A stretch of 63,998 nt of DNA, filler included, from Octopus bimaculoides (GCF_001194135.2; 8 parts of 8 records of this genome joined end to end with filler, not necessarily neighbours in it); one strand, 5' to 3'. Positions 1-11,608 are shown, counted from the first letter of the whole stretch. Numbers and translations are program-made. Notes: generated by a model not told the origin, from the letters alone.

Positions 1-14
1 ATATATATGGTTAA

Positions 15-125
15 AAAAACGACAGAAGCAGGTGAGGGAACAGCAGGTGAATGTAATAGTTTGACGCTCGGGGAAAAATGGAAAAGTTTATGAAGTTTCG
101 AGCCTCTGCTCTTCGACACAAAGTG
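15..125 (-). mobile_element. Interspersed repeat end, probably Penelope-like terminal repeat (related copies at 32845-32930 and 34160-34300, + strand)
   Basis: Reverse complement aligns by eye with 34165-34265 (TGTCGAAGAGC-n4-GCTCGA..CCCGAGCGT(C/T)AAACTA..TACAT..CACCTG). PLE assignment is inferred from the GAGC/GCTC-GAAAC hairpin architecture only. Confidence 0.4.
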
Positions 126-879
126 AGACTGAAGAGATGGAGAGAGGAAAAGACGGACTATGTGTGTGTATGTGTGCATACCTGTGTTTTTTGGTTGTGT
201 CTGTGTGTACATGTTTCTGTAAGTCTGTTTGCATGTGAATCAGGGTAGTAGCAAGCAGCTTTGTAGTTAGGTGTTCCACTCACAACCGTAAAATTGCGGT
301 TTCGTTTCCTGCACCGGATTAAGCGTTGCGTTCTTGACCGAAACACTTCATTTCACCCTGCACCAGTCTTCGCATCTAACAGAAATGAGTAGCCTCGCGA
401 CCGACCGAGTCCCGTCTATTGGTACGAGAAATATACACACCACAGAATCTGTGAAACCGGCCCTATGAATCTATGGCCTGAGGTTAGTCTTCGATCATCT
501 TTGATGCATACATACATACAAACTTATGTATATATGCATGTACGCATCTATATATGTACATTCTTCGGCTGACTGTAACTTCATTGCTTCTCATGATGTT
601 GCACCAGAACATTCTGACACTATTATTTGATTTACTAAATTAAAATTTACAGTTTGTACAATTAACAGTCACAATAATATATTATTTCCTTTGTACTAAT
701 ATGTACGTATGACCTATATATTAATAGCACATAGGTGACACTCTGATAAGGAATAGGTTAGAGATATGAAAGCAAATGAATACAATAGATTAGAAGATTA
801 AATTTATTAAATTAAAATTATCTTTTGTTACAATTTACTGTCGAAATAATATAAATGTTCTCTGTACTTAAATATACAT

Positions 880-1190
880 GGTAAATGCGTGCGGCTTAGC
901 TGTTTGTATATTTCACTCAAAATCGTAAGATCCTGAGTTCATTACCCAGCGGGGTGTTGTGTCCATGAGCAAGACACTGTATTGTGCTCCAGTGTACTCG
1001 GTTGGAAAATCGAGTAGTATCTGTATTTCAAAAGGCCAACCTTTTCACATCCTGTGCCATGATGAGAACTACGTTAAGGGTACGCGTGTTTGCGTGGTGC
1101 TCAGCCACTTGCAGGTTTATTTTAAGTAGCGCCCTCTTCTGTTGTTCTGATCAAATGGAACCCTCGTCTTCGTCACCGACTGGGTGACAG
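880..1190 (+). mobile_element. tRNA-headed SINE, CORE-like centre, tail B (diverged)
   Basis: GTGTTGTGTCCATGAGCAAGACAC core followed by tail GAGAACTACGTTAAGGGTAC..GTGCTCAGCCACTTGCA..GGAACCCTCGTC, shared with 40558-40870, 45261-45585, 10954-11340 and 45908-46280. Confidence 0.75.
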
Positions 1191-1523
1191 GCACATGTAC
1201 ATAAAACTACGAGGCAACCACGCAAACTCATTTCATGTAGAAGTATTACATTCTCAGCAACGTCATTCCACTTCATCACGATCAGCACCTTCACTATCAC
1301 CGGCAAAATGTATCCTATGACGCCAAAAATGGATACCTGTGCATGTATCCATCTCTCTATCTATCTATCTATCTATCTATCTCTCTATCTATCTATCTAT
1401 CTATCTATCTATATATATATATATAAGTCAGTAAATAGTGGGGTTGTGTTAACCGCACGCGGAGAAATAATAGGAAAATGAAAAAAAGCCAGAATGCTGA
1501 ACTGGAAGCATAATTTAATAAAG

Positions 1524-1575
1524 ATTTTTTCTAACCGGTTTTCATTGCGATGAAGCAAATTATCAAGAAGATAAA
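1524..1575 (-). ncRNA. Candidate minimal type-I hammerhead ribozyme, U3:A8 core variant (partly decayed)
   Basis: Minus strand reads cttc-TTGATAA-tTTGC ttcatc GCAAt-GAA-AACCGGTT-A-gaaaaa: core UUGAUAA, 4-bp helix II with a U.U mismatch at its base, palindromic helix III, UUA triplet, only 3-bp contiguous helix I. Confidence 0.5.
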
Positions 1576-2160
1576 AGAACTCTCAACTCTCATGCATNNN
1601 NNNNNNNNNNNNNNNNNNNNNNNNNNNNNNNNNNNNNNNNNNNNNNNNNNNNNNNNNNNNNNNNNNNNNNNNNNNNNNNNNNNNNNNNNNNNNNNNNNNN
1701 NNNNNNNNNNNNNNNNNNNNNNNNNNNNNNNNNNNNNNNNNNNNNNNNNNNNNNNNNNNNNNNNNNNNNNNNNNNNNNNNNNNNNNNNNNNNNNNNNNNN
1801 NNNNNNNNNNNNNNNNNNNNNNNNNNNNNNNNNNNNNNNNNNNNNNNNNNNNNNNNNNNNNNNNNNNNNNNNNNNNNNNNNNNNNNNNNNNNNNNNNNNN
1901 NNNNNNNNNNNNNNNNNNNNNNNNNNNNNNNNNNNNNNNNNNNNNNNNNNNNNNNNNNNNNNNNNNNNNNNNNNNNNNNNNNNNNNNNNNNNNNNNNNNN
2001 NNNNNNNNNNNNNNNNNNNNNNTGTATGTATATATATATCTGTCTATCGATCGATTGATCTATTTATCTGCCTCCTTGTTTGTCTGTCTCTCTTCCTATG
2101 TATATACATAAATATATATGTGGTGGGTATGTATGTATGTATATATATATATATATATAT

Positions 2161-2585
2161 CGGGCGGCCTAATTGTGACACATGCGCCCACCTTTTGGAG
2201 GATACAGAATTTCGCTTCGAGCAAGGTGACATATTTAAGATAAAGTCAAATTTCACTTGTGCCTCTGAAAACCTACTCTATGTTATTACCTGCTTAGGTT
2301 GCGAAAACCACTATATAGGCCAAACACGAATGTCTTTCAGACAAAGAACGACGTTTCACAAAGAACAACGTTTCACAAAGAACAACGTTTCACAAAGAAC
2401 AAATCCGCATCCCACAATATAGACAGATACATGTCAGTGAGTACATAGATAGATGTGCTAGGAACCTTAAACCAAACTTCCTAATTTTCTCTTTTAATCA
2501 ATGTTTCCAGAACACCTTAGAGCAGCAAAGACTAAATGAAGAGGCAACTTTCATTAACAAATATCAACCACGACTTAACACATGA
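2161..2585 (+). pseudogene. Penelope-like element GIY-YIG endonuclease C-terminus, frameshifted
   Basis: Translates CDTCAHL..NFTCASENLLYVITCLGCENHYIGQTRMSFRQRTTFHKEQ, then after removing two extra 17-bp copies IRIPQYRQIHVSEYIDRCA..EEATFINKYQPRLNT*. CxxC plus YxIxC..YIGQT and the terminal E..FI...P.LN motif are typical of PLE GIY-YIG domains. Confidence 0.88.
2351..2401 (+). repeat. Perfect 3 x 17-bp tandem repeat (ACGTTTCACAAAGAACA)
   Basis: Units at 2351, 2368 and 2385; the 34 extra bases shift the GIY-YIG frame. Confidence 0.95.
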
Positions 2586-2764
2586 CACTACTAATCATAC
2601 TAATACCAATAATCCCACTAATCTTCATGATCCCATACACCATTTACTGTATTAAGTATATTTACCTAATTGCATCACTTTCAGAACTGCTTACCTCCCT
2701 TGCATGTATTCTTTTCATTCAGGTACCATTAGACCCAACACCGTTAGGAAATCGGTGTTGATTC

Positions 2765-2803
2765 AAAGTCAGTGAACAGCGATGACGAAACTGGTATGAC
2801 TTT
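2765..2803 (+). ncRNA. Candidate minimal type-I hammerhead ribozyme, G3:C8 core variant, in PLE 3' region
   Basis: AAAGTCA-GTGAACA-G cgatga C-GAAA-CTGGT-A-TGACTTT: perfect 7-bp helix I, core GUGAACA, 1-bp helix II, near-palindromic helix III ACTGGT, GUA triplet; 180 nt after the GIY-YIG stop. Confidence 0.7.
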
Positions 2804-2983
2804 CTATATTCACTCGTGATAATAATTTTTATACTTCTTAATTCCACCGCAAATCATTCATTTGTATGTATATATCCATTATTTTTATGCCTAGTGTGCA
2901 ATTTCTTTGTTTCTTTTTTACTTTTATCCTATTGTGCCACGTGTAGTCTTTTTTCTTTGAAGGCCGTTTCTATGATATGTGTG

Positions 2984-3022
<39 letters not shown>

Positions 3023-4605
3023 ATATTTTATCGAACTGAGAAGCATAAAAGGCAGAGTCGACATCGGTGAGATTTGTAATCTATATTTTAATATATATTC
3101 TTATTAACTTAGTTTGGAGTATATAACTTTTACTAGAAGAAAGCAATAATAAAATATCAATATTTAAAGTCGCTAAATCATACATTAGCAATTAGTTGAT
3201 TGCAGCTGTCAATGTAGTAAAGTGCATGGCATTCTAAGATGCGGACATCTATTTGGTCGTTTGCTCGCTTTAAAATAGTAATCATATCTATATCAATTTC
3301 TGTTTATTTTACTTTATATGAATGACACTTTTTAAAGCCATGATATTGTCATATATACACAGCAGGATAGAATAAAAAGTTATATTTGCAGCTGGAATAT
3401 TTTAGGGTCGTTGGTTGGCTTGATCAAAGCTGACCAGAGGCTAAATAATAACGGGAACAGTCATTCACGGAACAAAAGCATGAAAGTGTATATGACATCT
3501 TCAAAAACCTTCACATATACAGTAAAAGATCGCAGGAAAGTGTTGTTGTTTTTCACCTTTAACACGGTCGACAGAACAAACATCGCCATAATACTAGTTT
3601 AACTTTTATTCAATATATCCAACTAACAAACAACATTTGGCACAGTGCCTTTAAAAGGAATCAAAAACGTCTTTTATAGTTGGTTTATTGTATTTGTTAT
3701 ATATTTTTATTATTATTTCGTCTATCTTTTCATATTGATGATTGTTTCAAAGTACCTATATATCAATGGCGAACTAGTGCTGATCTGACAAGGGATAGGT
3801 TAGATATATGAAAGCAAATAAACAGAACAGAGAGACGTTTTTGTATATGTATATCCTTTATATGCGCATATACGAATCGGTATATATACTTTATATATAT
3901 ATATGTGTGTGTATGTATACATGTATTCAATTATACATATATATGTATATATATATATACAAATACACAAGTTGTATATGAGTGTATTTGTGTTTCTATG
4001 CTTATATATATAAGTACAAGGATAGTTATACGTGCATACACACATGCATATACTCACACGCACACATATATACAGGAGTATAATTTCATAGATATATACA
4101 TAGATAAATGTATGTGTATATAAATACATGTAGATATACACATATACATATATATTTGGCAAGAATAATGTAACAGAAAGGTGAGTTGGATAACGATCTA
4201 TCTAAAACGAAAATAATATTAAAAAAAACAACCAGATCAAATGATAAAGAACACACTTGAAAATACTAATTGGAAACGCTTTTCTTTGACTGAGCTATCG
4301 ATAGAAGATTCATACAAAACACCAATACACCAACGAACCAATAAATGGTCTGACCAAACGACTAATATATCCAATACCACTTGGGCAGGGAAGATGACAA
4401 CAGATTTCTAGCTGTTAGCTGCCAATTACTAAATAATATATTCAAATTGAATGATGGTTGCCTGTAATCAATGATCGCTTCACTTATTTCCATTTGCACC
4501 CTGGAAACCACTTTATAAATATATATATGAGATTGCTATGCGTGTATATATATTTGTGTATATATATATAAACACATATATATATATATATATAAGCATA
4601 TATAT

Positions 4606-4647
<42 letters not shown>

Positions 4648-5271
4648 NNNNNNNNNNNNNNNNNNNNNNNNNNNNNNNNNNNNNNNNNNNNNNNNNNNNN
4701 NNNNNNNNNNNNNNNNNNNNNNNNNNNNNNNNNNNNNNNNNNNNNNNNNNNNNNNNNNNNNNNNNNNNNNNNNNNNNNNNNNNNNNNNNNNNNNNNNNNN
4801 NNNNNNNNNNNNNNNNNNNNNNNNNNNNNNNNNNNNNNNNNNNNNNNNNNNNNNNNNNNNNNNNNNNNNNNNNNNNNNNNNNNNNNNNNNNNNNNNNNNN
4901 NNNNNNNNNNNNNNNNNNNNNNNNNNNNNNNNNNNNNNNNNNNNNNNNNNNNNNNNNNNNNNNNNNNNNNNNNNNNNNNNNNNNNNNNNNNNNNNNNNNN
5001 NNNNNNNNNNNNNNNNNTATATATGTATAGAGGGAGTATGTGTATATGTTGTGCGTGAGTGTATATATATTTCTGCATCGATATGAATATGTACGTACAT
5101 ATATGTATAAGTTTATTTGTGTGTTTGTGAGATGTTTGTTGTTGTTGGAATTTCGTATGTTTGTCTCGTCAACGTAATGAACCACAAGAGACCTACACAG
5201 ATAGGTTTTCGATTATTTCCTCCGTTTTTCTTATTTTTATTTTTTCTCCTCCTTTGCGTCGCCACCATGTC

Positions 5272-5272
<1 letters not shown>

Positions 5273-5318
<46 letters not shown>

Positions 5319-5370
5319 TATAATAATAATAATAATACCAGCAACAACAATAATAGTAATAATGATCACC

Positions 5371-5416
<46 letters not shown>

Positions 5417-5493
5417 CAAAAATAATAATAATTAGTAGGAGGAGGGAGGGAGGGGAAGAAGAAGAAGAAGAAGAAGAAGAAGAAGAAGAAGAA
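5273..5493. repeat. Compound microsatellite (TAA)n then (GAA)n
   Basis: Direct reading; source of poly-I, poly-Y and poly-E ORFs. Confidence 0.95.
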
Positions 5494-5849
5494 TGGTAAT
5501 ATTGAGTAAAATTTATTAATAACTGGTTCTATTCTTAAAATTATTCTCTCATTGTCATGGCCCACAGATACTTTAAAATTTCTTAACAACGCCTCTAATT
5601 CGACTAACGCACATCCACGATATCTAGTATTATTACATCACTAATATTACAATCAAATTTTTCTGCCCCTTTATTATTATTCTTATTTTTAAACTGCTTA
5701 CATATTTTCTTGTTTTATATGTCTATGCATATTTGCGTGTGTGTCTGGGTATATATATATATATATATATATATATACCAGGTGCGGCTATTAAGTTAGA
5801 CATGGATTGGGCCTATACTGGCGGAAACCTATCAAATTTATGAAAGTTA

Positions 5850-5910
5850 TACGAGGTTTGATCAATAAGTATCCGGACTGTTGCCATAGTAATGAAGCTA
5901 AAGCATACGT
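5850..5910 (+). mobile_element. Mariner-type terminal inverted repeat fragment
   Basis: TACGAGGTTTGATCAATAAGTATCCGGACTG resembles TA-flanked mariner termini; no partner end found. Confidence 0.35.
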
Positions 5911-6894
5911 TCCTTCCAAGCACTGCTTTAAACAGTGGAACTGAAATAGGACGTTAAAAATTAGTGCGCATGCACTCCAGAGTTTTTTTTTTTTTCTTTC
6001 AATTTTTCAGTTTTCAGTCCTTCCTATATATCAATTTCTCACCGACCAAGACGCTGGTGTATGAGAAATACAACTCACGTTTTTGAACTGAGCCTGAAAG
6101 ATTGCTAGGAGATACACGTTATGTAATATATATCTGACAACTTTAATGTTTATTCGTGTGTGTGTATATGTGTACCTATGTATCTATGTATGCATGCATG
6201 TATGATTGTATGTACGTTTGTATGTATGCATGTTGTATGTATGCAGATACATAAAGACTTGTATAACTCAGTGATTTGCTAACAGAGGACATACACAAAT
6301 ATGCGTGAGTAATTTGTATTGCGTGTGCCTATGTGAGCACGGGTGTATACACGTATTCATCTTGTTCGATCTGTCTCTTAGTTTCTTTCAATAATACATT
6401 ATTATTTTCTCATTTTGAACTTCAATATAGTAAATTTTCTCCATCACTTCTCATTATTTATTTTAGCAACCTGATGCATTGCTATTAACTTTTGTGGCTT
6501 GTAACATTGGGGCCTGTTATGCTAGGGCTGAGAGATTAAGTACAAGATCTACGGTTTAAGAGATTGAGATTGATGGGATGAAGGACGGATTTATGTAGAT
6601 TGAAAAATAGATATTATATACATATATATGTGTGTATGTGTGTGTGTGTTTATGTATGAATGCACATAATGTAGAGATATGCATGTTTGCATGCGTGTAT
6701 GAAAAGATGTATGTATGTATGTATGTATGTATTGTTATTTGAAGCAGTTTGATTCAGTTACCTGCAAGTTAAAGTCTCGTAGGCTTGTTAGAGCTACCTA
6801 GTTCGCCAGAAACAGGGGTAGAGAGAAGGAGAGGCCGAAAGAGTGAGAGAGAGAGAGAAATCGTGTGGCTGGAAAAAACACATCGATACTCACT

Positions 6895-7303
6895 TTAGTC
6901 TTTATACTCTTTTTATTTGTTTCAGTCATTTGATTGCGGCCATGCTGGAGCATCGCCTTTACACGAGCAAATCGACCCCAGGACTTATTCTTTGTACGCC
7001 TAGTAGTTATTCTATCGGTCACTTTTGCCGAACCGCTATGTTACGGGGACGTAAACACACCAGCAAGGGGTGTCAAGTGATGTTGGGGGACAAAAACGGA
7101 CACACAAACACACATATATATATACATATACATATATACGACGCGCTTCTTTCAGTTTCCGTCTACGAAATCCACTCACACGTTTATGGTCGGCCCGAGG
7201 CTATAGTAGAAAACATTTGCCCAAGGTGCCATGCAGTGGGACTGCACCCGGAACAATGTGGTTGGATTGCAAACTACTTACCACACAGCCACTCCTGCGC
7301 CTA
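6895..7303 (-). mobile_element. Full-length abundant tRNA-headed SINE (CORE-like centre, internal CA/TA tract, simple-repeat tail)
   Basis: Minus strand begins AGGCGCAGGAGTGGCTGTGTGGTAAG..GTTCCGGGTGCAGTCCCAC (A/B-box-like), has GCACCTTGGGCAAATG, and ends GGCGATGCTCCAGCATGGCCGCAATCAAATGACTGAAACAAATAAAAAGAGTA. Closely matches 8310-8716 and 43745-44093. Confidence 0.9.
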
Positions 7304-7540
7304 TACATGACTATTTTGCTTCATTTGCTTAATATCATTGTGTATGTGCGGGGGTTTGTGCTTCTCTGTGTATTTCTGGTACACATTTCGTATATATTTT
7401 CCCAAGTTTGTTTCTATTGATCTATACATCTGCAGTCACAAAATCGGGCAAATATATTCAAAATATGAAGATAAATTCATTGATTTTTCTCTTATCTTTT
7501 CGGATTTTTAGGAAAATGAGAGAAAAAGACACGTGTGGGC

Positions 7541-7575
<35 letters not shown>

Positions 7576-8049
7576 CGTGTATGTTTGCGTCAGCGGGAGT
7601 GTGTGTGGTACTGTGAATGAAAATGAAGGAAAAAATATGTAGATGCCGATTACGAAATATATACAAGCCGAGACGTCCGGGCACTCACACCGATATACAC
7701 TCACAGACATATACGTATGTGCATGTGTGTGTATATATATATATAAATAAATAAATAAATAAATAAATAACCATATGTATATATATATATATATATATAN
7801 NNNNNNNNNNNNNNNNNNNNNNNNNNNNNNNNNNNNNNNNNNNNNNNNNNNNNNNNNNNNNNNNNNNNNNNNNCTTTTACTTGTTTCAATCATTAGACTT
7901 CGGCCATGCTGGGGCACTGCTTTGAAAAATATATATGCTCATGACATTAGCATGACGCCCCTTCCAACTCAGCTAACCGGTCAACACATTATCAAGATAT
8001 ATCTTATACCTTTTACTTACTTAAGTCATTGGACTGCTACCATACTGGA

Positions 8050-8095
<46 letters not shown>

Positions 8096-8309
8096 ATTTG
8101 TGTTTGCCTGTGTGGGCGTGGGCATATGTGTGCGCTTGCGTGTAAATACAACGGACTTTTTTTCAGTTTTCGTCTATCAAATTCACTCACATGGTTTTGG
8201 TCGACCTCAGGCTCATTGTACGACACGTGTCCAAAATGCTATGCATTAAGGCTGACCACAAAACTGTGTTTGTGAAGTCAACATCTTACCATACACCCAC
8301 TTCCACTCC

Positions 8310-8716
8310 TACTCTTTACCCTCTTACTCTTTTACTCGTTTCAATCATTTGAGTGTGGCCATGCTGGAGCACCACCTTTAGTCGAGCAAATCGACCCCAA
8401 GATGTATTCTTTGTAAGCCTAGTACTTATTCTATCGGACTCTTTTGACGAACCGCTAATTTACGGGAACCTAAACACAAGAACATCGGTTGTCAAGTGAT
8501 GTTGGGGGGACAAACATATACATACACACACATCTATATATATACATATATACGACGAGCTTCTTTCAGTTTCCGTCTACCAAATCCACTCATAAGTCTT
8601 TGGTCAACCCGAGGCTATAGTAGAAGATATCTGCCCAAGGTGCCACGCAGTGGGACTGAACCCGGAACCATGTTGTTGGTAAGCAAGCTACTTACCACCC
8701 AGCCACTCCAACGCCC
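8310..8716 (-). mobile_element. Same SINE family as 6895-7303, full length
   Basis: Colinear with 6895-7303 over its whole length; degenerate TACTCTT-type tail at left. Confidence 0.9.
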
Positions 8717-9159
8717 ATATATTTTTATTTTAGAAATTTCTAACATCATAGATTTTTTACTTTTGATTTTATTATGTTCATTTAATTCTATTATTTTCTC
8801 TGTTACTATCTTGTAAAACATAATCAATATTTCTTTCCTTCTTCAAAACTTTTTTCCTTCCCTTTTAAAATAAATATAAACAAATACAAAAATCAAAGTT
8901 TGCTATCAGCATACCAGCCTCGTTATTAGTGTTTAAGATATTGATAGCTGTTAAGTGATTATTTGGTAAGATTATTCATTAAGTTCCTGGAACAATTACA
9001 AGAGACGTCAGTTTTGATATTTTAGCATTCAACATTCTATACAGGATGAACTAATCAATTATTGCTGCGTACTTGGGTTATATGAATCATTCAGATAACA
9101 ATTATACGAAGGAGGACGTTGTTTCTAGGATATGTTTGCGTATTTTTATTTCTTTCAGT

Positions 9160-9640
9160 CATCGGATTGTTAACATTTTTCGAAAAGCGGGCTGCATCAT
9201 ACATGGATCACACCAAGCGGGCTGTACATGTATTGAGGAAGTCCTATGGGCTGCACATGTATTGAGGAAGTCCTATGGGCTGCACATGTATTGAGGAAGT
9301 CCTATGGGCTGCACATGTATTGAGGAAGTCCCATAGGCTGCAGTTTGCTATACTTGGTTTAGGCAGCCATATTAACGCCACGCATTTTTTAAGGTTTGGT
9401 ACACCCGCCAGTGGACTCTTTTGCCGAAATACTTATATAAGTGTAAACAGACCAACACAAATTATAAAGAACACTCACATACGCACGCACACACATTCAC
9501 ACACACATATACACATACAAACACACACACACACTCAAACACAAACACTCGAACTTATGTAGAAGTGCAGAAAGATGCACAGTAACACACAAAACGAGTA
9601 TTCATGGTAGCTTACAAGGCATTGGTCGACGGGAGGACCT
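9160..9640 (-). mobile_element. Diverged copy of the same SINE family with an internal insertion
   Basis: TTTCAGTCAT (9164), CTCTTTTGCCGAA..GTAAACA.ACCA (9416-9455), CA tract, ACAAGGCATTGGTCG (9615). Confidence 0.5.
9219..9342 (+). repeat. Minisatellite, about 4.3 x 29 bp (GGGCTGCACATGTATTGAGGAAGTCCTAT)
   Basis: Units start at 9219, 9248, 9277 and 9306 with 0-1 mismatch each; no spacers. Confidence 0.95.
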
Positions 9641-9892
9641 ATATCGGAAGACAATTGCACGGTGTACGTAGTAGCGGGGCTGAACACGTAGACAAATGTC
9701 TGCAAAGTGAAGAGTAAAGATATAGATTACCTATCGATATCTCATGTAACATTGACACAGAAGAGAGATCAATAGACATAAATACAATAAACTTGGAAGC
9801 ATGAAACCTGAAGCTAGTTAACAACACGAAAGTCGTCAAGTACGCTTCTCCCATTTCGTATATCCTTCAGATGGATTAACACAGGGAAATAA

Positions 9893-9894
9893 TA

Positions 9895-9946
<52 letters not shown>

Positions 9947-9953
9947 CGATGAC

Positions 9954-10006
<53 letters not shown>

Positions 10007-10015
10007 CGACGACGA
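9893..10015. repeat. (GAT)n microsatellite with GAC interruptions
   Basis: Direct reading; source of poly-M, poly-H and poly-S ORFs. Confidence 0.95.
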
Positions 10016-10487
10016 CACAAAGAAGAATTGCAACGACGACGATGACAAATATGTCAATGGTGATTATGAGAAGGAGGAGAGTGCAGAATTTGGAAGAGGA
10101 GAAGGAGGAGGAAAAGTTGTTGTTGATGAATATGATGCCGGTCGTTATGATGATGGTGACCATCATCATCATCATAATCATCATAATCATCATTATTAGA
10201 CCAATTATTTCACCCATTTTCAGTTTGGCAATCAAATTATGCCGTCATTGCCGACCACTTACGCAGCCAAAGAGACAATGCATTCGTTACAGTTCAACAA
10301 GAAAACTTTGCATTGTAATAATTCCATTCACACACACGAAACATAGACAGATACATTTTAGTGTTGCCATAAGACCCGTGTAAAAGTTAATATAACAACG
10401 GTAATGAGACAGAAGACAGTGTATACTTTATGGGAGCTGTGAAACAGTCATGAAACGCGCACAATATGTGCCTACCAAGAAGTTATT

Positions 10488-10807
10488 CGTGGAGGCACAA
10501 TGGCTCAGTGGTTAGGGCAGCGGACTCGTGGTCGGAGGATCGCTGTTTCGATTCCCAGACCGGGTGTTGTGAGTGTTTATTGAGCGAAAGCACCTAAAGC
10601 TCCACGAGGCTCCGGCAGGGGGTGGTGGCGACCCCTGTTATACTCTTACGCCCCCAACTTTCTTTCACTCATTCTTCCTGTTTCATGAGTAACGCTGCGA
10701 TGGACTGGCGTCCCGTCCAGCTGGGGGGAACACATACGCCATAGAAACCGGTAAACCGGGCACATGGGCCTGGCTAGGCTTTAGAAGGGCGCATAAAAAA
10801 ATTGAAA
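10488..10807 (+). mobile_element. tRNA-headed SINE, head type 1 with tail A, flanked by an 11-bp target-site duplication
   Basis: GTGGAGGCACAATGGCTCAGTGGTTAGGGCAGCGGACTC..TTCGATTCCC head; tail GCTGCGATGGACTGGCGTCCCGTCCAG; AAGAAGTTATT at 10477-10487 and again at 10808-10818. Confidence 0.88.
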
Positions 10808-10953
10808 AAGAAGTTATTTACATCTCCCGAATACATGCATGTTATCGGTGTATGTGTATAATGAGCTATATGTGCATTAAAGATAGGCATGATACTTGGA
10901 TTAACTTATCCCCCTTCCCCCTATAAACGTTGTCGTTAAACGTCGTCTGAAAA

Positions 10954-11340
10954 TTGTTGTTGTTGGCACTCCGTCGCTTACGATTGAGGTTTCCAGTTGA
11001 TCCGATCAACGGAACAGCCCGCTCGTGAAATTAATGTGCAAGTGGCCTTGAAGTCCACAGACACGTGTACCCTTAATGTAGTTCTCGGAGATATTCAGCG
11101 TGACACAGTGAGACAAGGCTGACCCTTTGAATTACAGGCACAACAGAAACAGGAAGTAAGAGTGAGAGAAAGCTGTGGTGAAAGAGAACAGCAGGGTTCG
11201 CCACCATCCCCTGACGGAGCCTCGTGGAGCTTTAGGTGTTTTCGCTCAATAAACACTCACAACGCCCGGTCTGGGAATCGAAACCACGATCCTATGACCG
11301 CGAGTCCGCTGCCCTAACCACTGGGCCAGTGTGCCTCCAC
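10954..11340 (-). mobile_element. tRNA-headed SINE, head type 1 with tail B, (CAA)n end
   Basis: First ~195 nt on minus match 10489-10684; remainder matches tail B of 45908-46280. Confidence 0.88.
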
Positions 11341-11390
11341 AACAGTTGAAGATAAGTAGTAGTAAATCTTCATGACATAAACGGAAATAA

Positions 11391-11608
11391 GGAAGCGAGC
11401 TGATAGAATGGTTAGCACGCTGAACGGAATGCTTAGCGGTATTTCGCCCATTGCTACGTTCTGAGTTCAAATTCCACCGAGGTTGACTATGCCTTTCATC
11501 CTTTCGGGCCGATAAATTAAGTACCAGTTGAGTACTAGGGTCGATGTAATCGACTAAACCCCTCCGCGCAAATTTCAGGCCTTGTGACTACTATAGTAGA
11601 AAGAATTA
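11391..11608 (+). mobile_element. tRNA-headed SINE with GCCTTTCATCCTTTCGGG..GATAAATTAAGTACCAG central domain (Meta/MESC-like)
   Basis: Head GCGAGCTGATAGAATGGTTAGCAC..GAGTTCAAATTCC. Family copies at 11695-11825, 11855-12042, 21790-21990, 22130-22318, 23345-23500, 34662-34895 and 44110-44257 (all minus). Domain name is from recall and unverified. Confidence 0.8.

Noticed and set aside
3030-3072. Further hammerhead-like strings (CTGAGAA..CGACATCGGT here; also ~9855-9872 minus, ~15684-15720 plus, ~19342-19385 minus, ~29474-29495 plus)
   Set aside because: Each breaks two or more core positions or lacks helix I or III; not supportable.
3400-3600. Hydrophobic minus-strand frame resembling a membrane-protein fragment
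   Set aside because: Short, interrupted by a stop, no recognisable family motif; expected by chance in AT-rich DNA.
5113-5589. Long ORFs with poly-I, Y, M, V, T, H or YI/CV/HT dipeptide runs (here and at 9.8-10.4, 12.4-12.9, 21.5-22.2, 35.6-35.9, 37.1-37.5, 45.5-46.8, 59.1-59.4, 60.2-60.6 kb)
   Set aside because: Translations of microsatellites; no domain content.
9219-9342. 29-bp direct repeats as a CRISPR array
   Set aside because: Units are contiguous with no spacers.
10489-10560. tRNA genes at A/B-box-like sequences (also 7230-7303, 29925-29990, 40800-40870, 45270-45330)
   Set aside because: No complete cloverleaf; each continues into SINE body and tail.
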